Of a stretch of DNA of 64,000 nt, positions 21,046 through 30,452 are shown in pieces. Position numbers and translations under genes: made by a program. The stretch's first letter is position 1. Each line of letters begins with the position of its first letter. A model generated the notes under the pieces. That model did not search any database. It was not told the DNA's origin and worked only from the letters and a program-made list of their open reading frames with translations. The stretch comes from Gammaproteobacteria bacterium (GTDB taxonomy: Bacteria; Pseudomonadota; Gammaproteobacteria; UBA1113), in assembly GCA_020051155.1 (NCBI GenBank), contig JAGVJK010000006.1, positions 24,719 to 88,718 of the forward strand, written 5' to 3'.

Positions 21046-21240
21046 GATTTTATCTTCCTCTTTAGCTCAACATCTGTACTAATAATAGTCAAACATCAGG
21101 AAGATCTCGCTTATAGCATCAAAATAACTCATTAGCGCATGATTATGTGTTTGATTTATAGTCTATCATGCAATGGAACCTCTCTAGCGTCTCTGGTAGG
21201 CAGGTTGGGAGAGGTTTAACTGAATAATATTTATAAAGCA

Positions 21241-21524
21241 TGGGGGAGGGAAGGAGGTTGTGGCAGCCCGTCCGTGGGCCAGGGGTTTCCATGTAGAATG
21301 TAGATTGTGAAGTTTATCGGGAAGGTTTTGTAGTGATGTCCTATTTACTACAAATACCTACTGATCATCCTTGGTGCCATATGGCTAAAGGTTCCATCCT
21401 TTAGCCCATCCGTCCTGGATCACATGGCAATTCGTCCCTCGGCTGCTGATACCTATCCATCGATATCATTTGGTTGATGGCCCTCTAATCCTATAGGGGC
21501 ACACTCCGTATCAAAGGCATGGCA
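21241..21524 (-). ncRNA. Putative CsrA/RsmA-binding RNA (CsrB/RsmY/RsmZ-like); ends approximate
   Basis: 12 GGA motifs (AGGA/ANGGA) on the minus strand, about half in hairpin loops, e.g. GGCTAAAGG-ATGGAA-CCTTTAGCC and GCCC-ACGGAC-GGGC. Confidence 0.72.
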
Positions 21525-21680
21525 CTAAACGAAACATTCCCTCTCTTTTAATGCCCGGACCCATTGTTCATACAATTCTTTTGCTTGCGTAAACTTATCA
21601 AGAACTAGTAAATTTTGTATCTCTTGTTGAATGCGTTCAGGAAGTAACCCAAAATTGCTTTGTTTGTCATCTTTGCTCAT
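21525..21680 (-). CDS. Small hypothetical protein (51 aa)
   Basis: ATG at 21680 preceded by AGAGG RBS; helical MSKDDKQSNFGLLPERIQQEIQNLLVLDKFTQAKELYEQW. Confidence 0.6.
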   Translation of the reverse strand: MSKDDKQSNFGLLPERIQQEIQNLLVLDKFTQAKELYEQWVRALKERECFV

Positions 21681-21875
21681 AATAAAACCTCTATTTTTTT
21701 CGACGGCCTTATCTTCAACGAGTTCAATTATTAGGCAAACAAAAATGAAAATCAATGATTATATTCTAAATTTAACCCTTTATTTTCTGGGGCTTTTTTT
21801 AAGCAGAGGGTATAAGGAAATAAAAACATGGATCGCTCACACTTCACCATGCTTTAAAAAATGAAATAAAAGAGG

Positions 21876-22394
21876 TTAAGGTTTATGATACTCCGCAGAG
21901 CCTGATTGGCCAGCGCCAGAATAAACTTTAAGAAGAATGTGGTGAATACAATGCTGATGCAATTCTAAGGGCTCAGCAATTAATCGTTGTAAAAACCATC
22001 GTGATAACTCTTCAACCGTAATATTAGCCACCGGTAAAACTTTCACATCGCGCTTTAAGAAGGGGATCTTTTCTTGATTAAAATGAACATAAAGGTAATC
22101 GCCATCTTCTTCTAATCGCTGATAGGGTGATTCACCAGGGATTAATACCCATTCGCTGAGTTCTTTACACAAAGCCCGTAATTTTGCTTTATAAATCCCA
22201 TAATCGAAAGTCATACCATTTTCAGTCACTTCCGCGGTGATCGCAGCATACATATGAAAATTGTGACCATGTAACCGTTCACGATGAGTGCTAGAAAAAA
22301 TGGTGTAGTGTCCCGCAGCGAAAGACATATCTTCTTTATCTAACTCAATGGTTGATAATCGAAGGGAGGTTGAGTGGTTGTGTGATGAAGTCAT
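21876..22394 (-). CDS. 6-pyruvoyl-tetrahydropterin synthase / QueD family protein
   Basis: FAAGHY, ERLHGHNF, NITVEELS T-fold Zn-binding motifs. Confidence 0.85.
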   Translation of the reverse strand: MTSSHNHSTSLRLSTIELDKEDMSFAAGHYTIFSSTHRERLHGHNFHMYAAITAEVTENGMTFDYGIYKAKLRALCKELSEWVLIPGESPYQRLEEDGDYLYVHFNQEKIPFLKRDVKVLPVANITVEELSRWFLQRLIAEPLELHQHCIHHILLKVYSGAGQSGSAEYHKP

Positions 22395-23548
22395 AATTTT
22401 CTGCGCCAATCCTGTAAAGCAAAGCCTAGTAACGATTCGTCGAAGGCTTTGGTTAAAGCCATTACTTTAAAGAGCTCGCCCATTTCATGAGGCATGGTGA
22501 GCATTTTAATTTGCTGATTGTAGTCAAATTGCAGCTGCATATCACTGGTTTTCGCTAAATTTATTAAATTGCATCCCAATAAAAAGTGAGCTTGATTACA
22601 AAATCCTGCAACGTGCCATCCTTGTTGATGAGCTGCAAGGGCGATATGAGTAAAATCGACATGAGCGGTGATGTCTTGCAAACCAGGATATAACAATGGG
22701 TTGTGATGAGAATGGTGCTGATAATGGCACATCAGCGTGCCTTGATCCCGCTGTGGGTGGTAATACTCAGCTTGAGTAAAGCCATAGTCGATGATCAATA
22801 GCACACCGCGAGAGAGGCTTTGCTGCAATGAAGCCAGCCATGGTGTCAGCCATAGGTTAATTTCAGATTGGTAATTAAGGGGGTGTTCCGAAAACAAAGC
22901 AGTAATTTGCTGAGTGAGAGGATCATTGAGCGGCAATAAATCCCAGCATAGTGCGCCTTCTCGCAATGTCACACCCATCTCATAGAGTTTTCCCTCGATA
23001 AAACGAAATGCAGTGATGGGCATGGCATCTAAGACTTCATTAGCAATTACCACAGCCTCAATACTTGGATTGGGTAATGCAGACAACCATTTCACCCTGG
23101 GCAGCAAATGTGGGCATTGCTCTTCAAGTCGTTGTCTTTGCCGCTGTTGTAGTTCGCTACTGAGATCCAGGATGTAATAGGTGGCCGGCAAACACTCTAA
23201 AGCTTCTAATGCTAATAATAAGTGTGCTGCCAATGCACCAGAGCCCGCACCGAGTTCTAATATGCACCCTTGTTGTAGTTTCGGCAGAATTTGTTGGCAT
23301 TGTTGCGCAAGGCATTGGGCAAAGAGGGGCGATAATTCAGGGGCTGTGATGAAATCGCCCTGCGGCCCAAATTTCTGTTGACCATTGGCATAGTAGCCAA
23401 GTCCAGGTTCATAGAGAACGTAGTGCATATAATCCGCAAAGGGAATAGTATTTTTTTGCGAAAAAAAAGTTTTTTGCAACCCTGCCATCACGCGTTGAGA
23501 GAGTGCAAGGGCTTCTGGTGATGGTGTCGGTAACGGAGAGGATGTCAT
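22391..23548 (-). CDS. SAM-dependent methyltransferase, MidA/NDUFAF7 family
   Basis: GYY..KFG..GDFITAPE, LELGAGSG, ANEVLDAMP, IDYG, QDITAHVDF, MGELFKV. Confidence 0.92.
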   Translation of the reverse strand: MTSSPLPTPSPEALALSQRVMAGLQKTFFSQKNTIPFADYMHYVLYEPGLGYYANGQQKFGPQGDFITAPELSPLFAQCLAQQCQQILPKLQQGCILELGAGSGALAAHLLLALEALECLPATYYILDLSSELQQRQRQRLEEQCPHLLPRVKWLSALPNPSIEAVVIANEVLDAMPITAFRFIEGKLYEMGVTLREGALCWDLLPLNDPLTQQITALFSEHPLNYQSEINLWLTPWLASLQQSLSRGVLLIIDYGFTQAEYYHPQRDQGTLMCHYQHHSHHNPLLYPGLQDITAHVDFTHIALAAHQQGWHVAGFCNQAHFLLGCNLINLAKTSDMQLQFDYNQQIKMLTMPHEMGELFKVMALTKAFDESLLGFALQDWRRKL

Positions 23549-23639
23549 TTTATTTATCGTACTCAATCATAAAAATACAGCATATGAATTCTGCACGAAG
23601 TATAATGGTGCGATGATTTTTGAGCAAGGAGTTTACAGT

Positions 23640-24407
23640 ATGCAACGCCAAAATGATTACGTTGAGGCCCCTCTTTTTGATAAAACTAATGGACCGGTGA
23701 TTCTGATTACCGGTGGTAGCGTGCGAGTTGGGCGCGTTATTTCCCAGTATTTGCATCAGCAAGGTTATCGTTTGTGTATTCATTACCGTCATTCCGAGCA
23801 AGCTGCATTGCAGTGGGTCGCCGAGTTAAATGCGCAACGGCCTCATTCTGCTACGGCGGTTGCTGCAGATTTGTGTGATATGGCGAGTGTGACAGCGATG
23901 ATGGCAACGGTGATGAAAGACTGGGGGCGTCTCGATGGCATTATTAACAATGCCTCTAGCTTTTATCCGACTCCGCTGCCTACGGCGACGTCTGAGCAAT
24001 GGGATGATTTGATGGGGAGCAATGTGAAGGGTGCATTTTTTCTTTGCCAAGCAGCGGCGACGGAGTTAACAAAACAAAAAGGGCAAATTGTGAATATCGC
24101 AGATATTCATGGCCAACATCCCTTGCGTCGACATAGTATTTACTCCATGGCAAAGGCTGCTTTAATTATGATGACAAAATCTCTCGCTCAAGAGTTAGCG
24201 CCCAACGTGCGAGTGAATGCAGTCGCACCGGGTGCTGTATTGTGGCCGGAGGATTTGAGCGAAGCGCATCGACAGATGATCTTGGAGCGCACAGCATTGC
24301 AGTGTCCTGGTAGTCCACTCGATGTTGCACAGGCCATTGGTTATTTATTGCAAGCACGCTTTGTTACGGGGCAAGTGCTCGCGGTCGAGGGGGGGCGCTA
24401 TTTTTAA
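23640..24407 (+). CDS. folM: Pteridine reductase (SDR family)
   Basis: ITGGSVRVG, NNASSFYPT, YSMAK catalytic motif, LAPNVRVNAVAPG. Confidence 0.85.
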   Translation: MQRQNDYVEAPLFDKTNGPVILITGGSVRVGRVISQYLHQQGYRLCIHYRHSEQAALQWVAELNAQRPHSATAVAADLCDMASVTAMMATVMKDWGRLDGIINNASSFYPTPLPTATSEQWDDLMGSNVKGAFFLCQAAATELTKQKGQIVNIADIHGQHPLRRHSIYSMAKAALIMMTKSLAQELAPNVRVNAVAPGAVLWPEDLSEAHRQMILERTALQCPGSPLDVAQAIGYLLQARFVTGQVLAVEGGRYF

Positions 24408-24488
24408 GCGTGTAACACTCTTTAGGAGTGTTAAAGACAATGATATACTTTGCGCCAATAACGGCATCCAAATGAAAAGGGAATAAAC

Positions 24489-25205
24489 ATGATCAAAAAG
24501 ATGGTTCTGAGTGGGTTATGTGGAATGATGAGCGTGACGGCCTTTGCTGCATATCCTTCAGATTATTTTGGATTGCCGGAAGTTGTCACTTCCGGTTTCT
24601 ATATCAATGGTCAACTTGGCTGGGGAAGGCAAGAACTGGGTTCCGGCTCCTTTGGGCCAGTGGTCAATGATAGCTTAGGTATTGTGATCACGACGCCATC
24701 AATAAAAGAAAGCGGTATTGCTGGTCGGTTAGCTTTTGGCTATGACTTTAATAATTTTTTTGGCTTAGAGTTGGGTGGTAGCGCGTGGGAGCGAAGTAAT
24801 TTTAATTGGACAACGGTTGATGGAAATAATGTTAGTGGAGCCTTTGGGTCTGGTGATCACGCTAATTACGCGGTAGATTTGTTAGGGAAAATAGATATCG
24901 GTCTTTATCGCGGGTTACATGTTTTTGTTAAAGGTGGTGGTGCCTATGTTTTTAATAACATCGATCTTAACCATCAGTCACTTATTAACGACTCCGTGTT
25001 TTTGACAGCATTAGATAAGAATATTAATGACCGCAACAATTACTTTGCATTGGAGGCAGCTGCGGGGATTGGTTATCAAATTGATCCGCATTGGGATATT
25101 TCACTAAACTATATGCGCATCTTTGGTAATAGCGATAATGTTTTTAGCGGTAATTATAAACCGAAGCTGAGTATGACAACTTTAGGTGTCGAGTGGGATA
25201 TTTAA
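24489..25205 (+). CDS. Outer-membrane beta-barrel protein (OmpA-like transmembrane domain)
   Basis: Signal peptide, GFYINGQLG, GRLAFGYDFN..FGLELG, alternating beta strands. Confidence 0.8.
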   Translation: MIKKMVLSGLCGMMSVTAFAAYPSDYFGLPEVVTSGFYINGQLGWGRQELGSGSFGPVVNDSLGIVITTPSIKESGIAGRLAFGYDFNNFFGLELGGSAWERSNFNWTTVDGNNVSGAFGSGDHANYAVDLLGKIDIGLYRGLHVFVKGGGAYVFNNIDLNHQSLINDSVFLTALDKNINDRNNYFALEAAAGIGYQIDPHWDISLNYMRIFGNSDNVFSGNYKPKLSMTTLGVEWDI

Positions 25206-25211
25206 AGCGTT

Positions 25212-26381
25212 TTACTGTACTGTCAGCAAAATCGCATGTAAATAATTGCCTTCGGGAAATGCGGGTAGCAATGCATGATCGCTGGCCGCGCCATACACAC
25301 CTAATAGTCGACATTCGCGACGCACCATGCGTGCCGATTCATTAATTAAACGGATAAATTCGCTTTGTGTCATAGCTGCGGAGCAGTTGCACGTCATGAG
25401 CAGGGCACCAGGTTGTAAGACTTTAAAGAGTTGTGAATGTAGGAAGCGATAATATTGAGAGGCTTGCGTCAAATGTTTTTGTGATGGAGCAAGTTTCGGT
25501 GGGTCTAAAATCACAAGATCATAATCACTGGCCATGGCTAAACTTTCACGGGCATCGGTTTCAATAAATTCAATGTTGGAGAGTTGATTAAGCTCAGCAT
25601 TACGTTTTGCTTGGGCAATCGCAGCTTCTGAGCTATCGATAGCGGTAACCTGAGCGGCACCTGCTTTTGCAGCATGTAATGCAAAGCCACCGGTATAGCA
25701 ATAAAGATCTAACACACGTTTGCCAGTGGCGAGGGCAGCAATGCGTGCGTGATTTTCGCGTTGATCTAAATACAAACCAGTTTTTTGTGTTTGTGCAAAT
25801 TGAATAGAAAATAAAACGCCTTGTTCGCGAATCACCGTCTCTGTAGCTTGTGTGGATTGCGTAACAGGTTGTTGCCAACCATCTTGTTTCAATGCTTTTG
25901 TTTGTGGAAACCAGATGACTTGCTCTAAGGGCAACGATTTTTTCATGCACGCGATGATCAACTCACGATGAGCTTCAACCCAATAAGCGGAGCTAGAAAC
26001 AATGGCGATCTCATTAAACACATCGATGGTTAATCCTGATAAGCCATCACCTTCGGAATTAAAGAGTCGATAAGCATTAGTTTGTTCATTAGGCAATCCT
26101 AGGTTGCGGCGCAACGCAAGCGCTTGTTGCAAACGATATAGGACAACGCTTTCCAAATCAAAAGCAACAGCGCCTTCACAGAGGGTGAGCATACGAATGC
26201 GATATAAAGAGTGCTCGTTAAACACGCCATAGCCGAGGAGCGATTGATTAGGCCCATGCACTTTGACCAAATCGCCGGTGACAACAGTTCCCTCTTGTTT
26301 GGCGATGGCCTTTGGAAATACCCAAGGGTGGCCTTGTAGGATAGGTTTTGCCTTTTGCGCGGAGAGAGTGATGATCGCCAT
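25212..26381 (-). CDS. rlmI: 23S rRNA m5C1962 methyltransferase RlmI-like
   Basis: GHPWVF PUA start, SEGDGLSGL, QKTGLYLDQREN, LDLYCYTGGF, ILDPP. Confidence 0.85.
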   Translation of the reverse strand: MAIITLSAQKAKPILQGHPWVFPKAIAKQEGTVVTGDLVKVHGPNQSLLGYGVFNEHSLYRIRMLTLCEGAVAFDLESVVLYRLQQALALRRNLGLPNEQTNAYRLFNSEGDGLSGLTIDVFNEIAIVSSSAYWVEAHRELIIACMKKSLPLEQVIWFPQTKALKQDGWQQPVTQSTQATETVIREQGVLFSIQFAQTQKTGLYLDQRENHARIAALATGKRVLDLYCYTGGFALHAAKAGAAQVTAIDSSEAAIAQAKRNAELNQLSNIEFIETDARESLAMASDYDLVILDPPKLAPSQKHLTQASQYYRFLHSQLFKVLQPGALLMTCNCSAAMTQSEFIRLINESARMVRRECRLLGVYGAASDHALLPAFPEGNYLHAILLTVQ

Positions 26382-26447
26382 GAAATGTGAGAGCCTCGTG
26401 TATAAGAAATCCTTTTCTTTGGTTAATGATTTTTACGACGCAGGATT

Positions 26448-26521
26448 TTGTCAATTTTAAGGTAGGCGATTGTCAACCTAACCGGGTGTGATTGTCAACT
26501 TTAAGCGGATTATTGTCAACC
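26448..26521. repeat. Four phased TTGTCAA(C) direct repeats
   Basis: TTGTCAA starts at 26448, 26470, 26492 and 26513 (spacing 22, 22, 21). Confidence 0.8.
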
Positions 26522-26790
26522 TTTGGAACGATAATATGGTTGGTAGCTATCTCAAGATGCTAACCACCGCAGTTGAACTGTTTAGCGTAAGATGTAGGTA
26601 AATCAATAAATTAAGTAATATAATGCAAACGCAGGACTTTAGAAATGCTTGAGGATTAAAATGTGAGTGTAGATTGGTTGATCTGTGAGAGTAGCCTGAG
26701 TTTCAATGAGCTACAATCAGAAGTTTACGTAACAACACCTATAGTGGTAAGTAAGTAAAAAGACTCTGAAAATCGCATCAGGAGATTAAA

Positions 26791-27525
26791 ATGAATAAAT
26801 GTAAATATAACTATTGTGTTAATCGTCCGAAGCAAAATTTGTATATACGATTTTATTATGCAAGCTTTTTAGATCTAGCATTTGCAAAATCATTAACATT
26901 AAAAAACCCTAGAAATTCAATTGAATTGGTCGAATACAAGTCATATTTTTTACAACAGTCTCTGGAAAAACTCTTCAAAGCTATTCTTCTTAATAACGAT
27001 CGAGACTGCAACTATAGAAAATTTGGGCATGATCTAGTAGAGGCAGGGGAAGAGATATCAAAAGAATTTGGCAATGATAATTTAAAATTTATAATTAACA
27101 AAATATATAAAAATAACTTGTCTCATGGGCTTTCAGCTCAAGATAAATCACGGTTGTTAAATGAAGTCAAAAAATTTTTTCCGGGGGATGATGAAGCATT
27201 CATATTTTTTAAACATCTTTGTTTCTCATTAAATGAAAGTTTTTTTGCCATACGTTATCCAGAGAAAGTTTCACAGAAAGTAGAACTGCATGAGGTCTTG
27301 CGCGGTACTGATATTATTCTTCAAACTATTATCGATGTACATAATAAGTTATTGAAGGAATACTTCAACCAAAGCAGTTTAAAAAAGATGATAGTTCGTG
27401 TATATCGTGGGAAGTATCGAGGGTATTTGAGCTTTTATCAAAAAGCCAAATGGTGTTTAATAACTTTTTTCTCCCAGACACAGGAAGATATGATAAAAAA
27501 ATTAATAATCGAAGTGTTTAAGTAA
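26791..27525 (+). CDS. HEPN domain-containing protein
   Basis: FLQQSLEKLFKAIL, GHDL and RYP motifs typical of PF05168-type HEPN; AT-rich; AGGAG RBS. Confidence 0.65.
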   Translation: MNKCKYNYCVNRPKQNLYIRFYYASFLDLAFAKSLTLKNPRNSIELVEYKSYFLQQSLEKLFKAILLNNDRDCNYRKFGHDLVEAGEEISKEFGNDNLKFIINKIYKNNLSHGLSAQDKSRLLNEVKKFFPGDDEAFIFFKHLCFSLNESFFAIRYPEKVSQKVELHEVLRGTDIILQTIIDVHNKLLKEYFNQSSLKKMIVRVYRGKYRGYLSFYQKAKWCLITFFSQTQEDMIKKLIIEVFK

Positions 27526-27539
27526 TAAGTGTTAAGGGT

Positions 27540-27720
27540 CGGAATGTGTCAGGGGATACGAGACAAAAAGTTTATTAAGTTAGTACGCAACGGTGCTTCC
27601 AAAACGTTATTTCTTTGCTCATTATTATTTTCTAAATTCTCTAAGTTAATTTGCGTTATTTGTGGCGGATTAATATAAACTGTTGGAGCGAGCCTCTTTA
27701 GTTTAGGCGAACACTTACAA
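27540..27720 (-). mobile_element. Insertion-sequence right-end remnant (IS3-like DDE transposase tail)
   Basis: Minus-strand frame ..PKLKRLAPTVYINPP resembles the transposase C-terminal VWINPP tail, followed by an end-like TGTCTCGTATCCCCTGACACATTCCG; recognised from memory, not searched. Confidence 0.5.
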
Positions 27721-27836
27721 AACCACGGCATGGAAGAATTACATTGCCATTTCTAAATGCTTCGGCGGTGTCTGGTATTGTCTGTAAAAGACTTTACCTT
27801 TTTCAGCTCGATTATACATGAATAATTACTAAAAAT

Positions 27837-29051
27837 TTATTTAATCCAGATGTTAATATCATAATTTCCGAGCTCTTTTTGTTCAAGATATGCCCTGCCA
27901 ATTGCAATCCCTACGGCAGTTAAAGAAAAAAGATTAAAACCGTTTTTATCCCAGGTGTTAATAATATTGTCGAATGAAGATATGCTATTTAGCAGAACTC
28001 TGACTTCGTCTATTGTTAATCGATTATTCTGTGTAATTGCTTTTATATTCTCTTTTACAACATTATCCTCTATTTTATATGGAGATCCGTTAACAGTCAG
28101 AGGAATATCTTCAAATAAATATAAACCAACATCAGGATTTAATTTAAATAAGCCATTTTCATTTTCTAGGAAACAAATATTTTTGATAACAGAGGAAATA
28201 TTAAGTGTACTGAGAGCTTGTTCAGAAATTTCTTTTAAAAATAATTGAGGATATTGATTAAATATATTTTCCACTATTTCTAGAGTCTGAAATTGTGTAA
28301 TTTTTCCGCAGGAAAGAGCTTCTAAGTATTCAAACTTAGAAATAGTAGCATCAATTTCTTTAAATGTATGTGCAACTTTCGAAAGGTTCAAAAATAACAC
28401 GTCTTCATTCAGTATGGTTCGATATTTTGTTCTTGAGAAAAGAAAACTGAATGCCAAAATTTTTATAAGGTTTTCATCAAGTTTAGACGCGACTTCAATA
28501 GCTTCATTAAGTGTCAACTCAACAATACTACATTTGGTTTTTTGTACTCTATCAGCAACCAATTTAGCTAAAACGTCATGCACTTGGGAGGATTCAGTTC
28601 TTCCTGCGCCTTTTATCGCTTCACGAAGTGCCATTTGAACATCAGACTCAGAAAAATTATCTAATTCTAATTGCGATAATCCTTCAAGCTGTGAATTGAG
28701 TCTTTCTAAAAATTTATTTGAGTTAAGGTGAAATTTTTCAAATGCGCGTTCAGCATGAGGATACATTGATGTGTTGTATGTTTGAGCTAGTATCTGGATA
28801 GCTTGCATATCAAAGTTGCTAACTTGGTTATTATTACCTGTTATTGCAACATTGCTTTTTCCATCCTTTTGCTCAATTTTATTGAAAGATTGTGAGATGT
28901 CGCTTTCCGCGATCTGTTGATTATTATTCCCTTTAATTTGATTGTTTTTTTTAATTAGTGTGCTGAATTTAAATATACCGATAATAGCAACTATTATCGG
29001 AACAATGATTCCAGCAAGGAGTTTATAATGTATTTCTATCCATTCAATCAT
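27837..29051 (-). CDS. LPO_1073/Vpar_1526-like family protein with N-terminal TM
   Basis: TM, Q/N-rich linker, D.QMAL..A...GRT, L..L..DRV, LNEAIEV..KL, LT.VGIAIG..Y; likely start MIEWIE. Confidence 0.6.
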   Translation of the reverse strand: MIEWIEIHYKLLAGIIVPIIVAIIGIFKFSTLIKKNNQIKGNNNQQIAESDISQSFNKIEQKDGKSNVAITGNNNQVSNFDMQAIQILAQTYNTSMYPHAERAFEKFHLNSNKFLERLNSQLEGLSQLELDNFSESDVQMALREAIKGAGRTESSQVHDVLAKLVADRVQKTKCSIVELTLNEAIEVASKLDENLIKILAFSFLFSRTKYRTILNEDVLFLNLSKVAHTFKEIDATISKFEYLEALSCGKITQFQTLEIVENIFNQYPQLFLKEISEQALSTLNISSVIKNICFLENENGLFKLNPDVGLYLFEDIPLTVNGSPYKIEDNVVKENIKAITQNNRLTIDEVRVLLNSISSFDNIINTWDKNGFNLFSLTAVGIAIGRAYLEQKELGNYDINIWIK

Positions 29052-29100
29052 TTCTTGACTCGCTTTTCTAAGCTGGGCATAAACAAAAATTAAACTTGAA

Positions 29101-30435
29101 TTAAGTAATATGCTCAATACGTTTTTTCAAATCGGCAGGTGCAATGAAAGTAAATGCCTTACCAGTTCTTTGTTTTAGTAGCAGCCCAAGGGTTGCTAAA
29201 TTTAATAAATCAGTACGTGCAGTATCATATGTTACGTTGTGAGATTGGCGGTGTCCCTCAATTTTATAATGCATATTCATATGCTTTAACGCATGTCTAA
29301 TGAGTGCGATTTGTCGGTAATTTAGTTTATTCAAAAGAGTTTGACTGGTGTGTAGTAGCTGTTCGGTTTCAATGATTTCTCTGCTTTGCTCTTCAATGTA
29401 TTTATATAGCGTATCAATTGCTTCTAAGATCACATCTAACTGGTGAATTACAAAATAAGTAACATCATTCTCATCTGTTTCAGTATAAAGATATGCACGT
29501 GCATATTGGCTTGGAGCGCGTTTGATAATTTCGGAGATTGAAATATACTCCATCAAACTGTATCCCTGATGTGCCATAGACCAATAAAATAACGCGCGTG
29601 CAGTCCGACCATTTCCATCTACAAAAGGATGGTCATAGGCCAGCATAAAATGTAGTAGTATGGCTCGAATAATAGGATGGATAAAAAACTCACCTTTATC
29701 TGAGGTTTCATTGGCAAATTTACATAATCTAGTCAGTCTTTCTTTTAATTCATTTGCATTAGGTGGAGTATGCAGTACTTGATCCTGATTGTCCCACACC
29801 TGAATATCGTCGGTTAATCTTATCTTTCCAGATGTGTTTGGATCATCTAGCGTATCTGTTGTAAGTATGCGATGTAGTTCTAAGATCATATCAACAGTCA
29901 GTGTTTCATCTTTTATTTCACGAACGAACTGCATTGCTTGATAATTATTAAAAATCATTTTTTCACTTGAATCTCTGGGTTTACGTTTTGTGCGTAACAT
30001 CTCTTTTGCAACTTTTCTAGTGGTGGAGGCTCCTTCAAGCTGACTTGATGTAATAGACTCGTTAATGAGAGATTGGACGAGGTATGTGTTTTTCATTGGT
30101 GTGTTTAGAACTGATATGGGGCTTTGAATAGCATTTCCTGTGCTCCGATCTATAGAGTGCAGCTTATGTAAGATATCGTCTGTGGTTGCTAAAACAAAAG
30201 GATTGTTATTCTTATCGTTAAATGGTAGCTGCTTGTATATTGTTTTACGAGATAATTTTATAATCAGCCACCATTGTTCGGATGATAGTTCATTAGGTGC
30301 TGATAGATGCCTAAGCTTGTCCCAGTGCAGATATTTTCCCTTGACTGTAGTGGAGCGCAGTGCCCATAGCTTATGAAAAACTTGATTATCTATATGATTT
30401 AAATCAAATCTTGGTGGTGGCATTGGTATCTTCAT
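29101..30435 (-). CDS. Fic family AMP-transferase (class II) with C-terminal wHTH
   Basis: Canonical HPFVDGNGRTAR, N-terminal inhibitory motif SSQLEG, C-terminal HNVTYDTARTDL..L...GLL wHTH. Confidence 0.93.
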   Translation of the reverse strand: MKIPMPPPRFDLNHIDNQVFHKLWALRSTTVKGKYLHWDKLRHLSAPNELSSEQWWLIIKLSRKTIYKQLPFNDKNNNPFVLATTDDILHKLHSIDRSTGNAIQSPISVLNTPMKNTYLVQSLINESITSSQLEGASTTRKVAKEMLRTKRKPRDSSEKMIFNNYQAMQFVREIKDETLTVDMILELHRILTTDTLDDPNTSGKIRLTDDIQVWDNQDQVLHTPPNANELKERLTRLCKFANETSDKGEFFIHPIIRAILLHFMLAYDHPFVDGNGRTARALFYWSMAHQGYSLMEYISISEIIKRAPSQYARAYLYTETDENDVTYFVIHQLDVILEAIDTLYKYIEEQSREIIETEQLLHTSQTLLNKLNYRQIALIRHALKHMNMHYKIEGHRQSHNVTYDTARTDLLNLATLGLLLKQRTGKAFTFIAPADLKKRIEHIT

Positions 30436-30452
30436 AACTTTGTATTTTCCGA

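Noticed and set aside
26448-26521. Mini-CRISPR array
   Set aside because: Only a 7-9-bp core is shared and the period is about 22 bp, too short for repeat-spacer units
26382-26790. att-site duplicate of the tRNA 3' end marking an intact integrative element
   Set aside because: No copy of TGGGCCCACTAGG found by eye and no integrase gene
27549-27731. Genuine 60-aa protein
   Set aside because: No clear RBS; better explained as a transposase tail remnant
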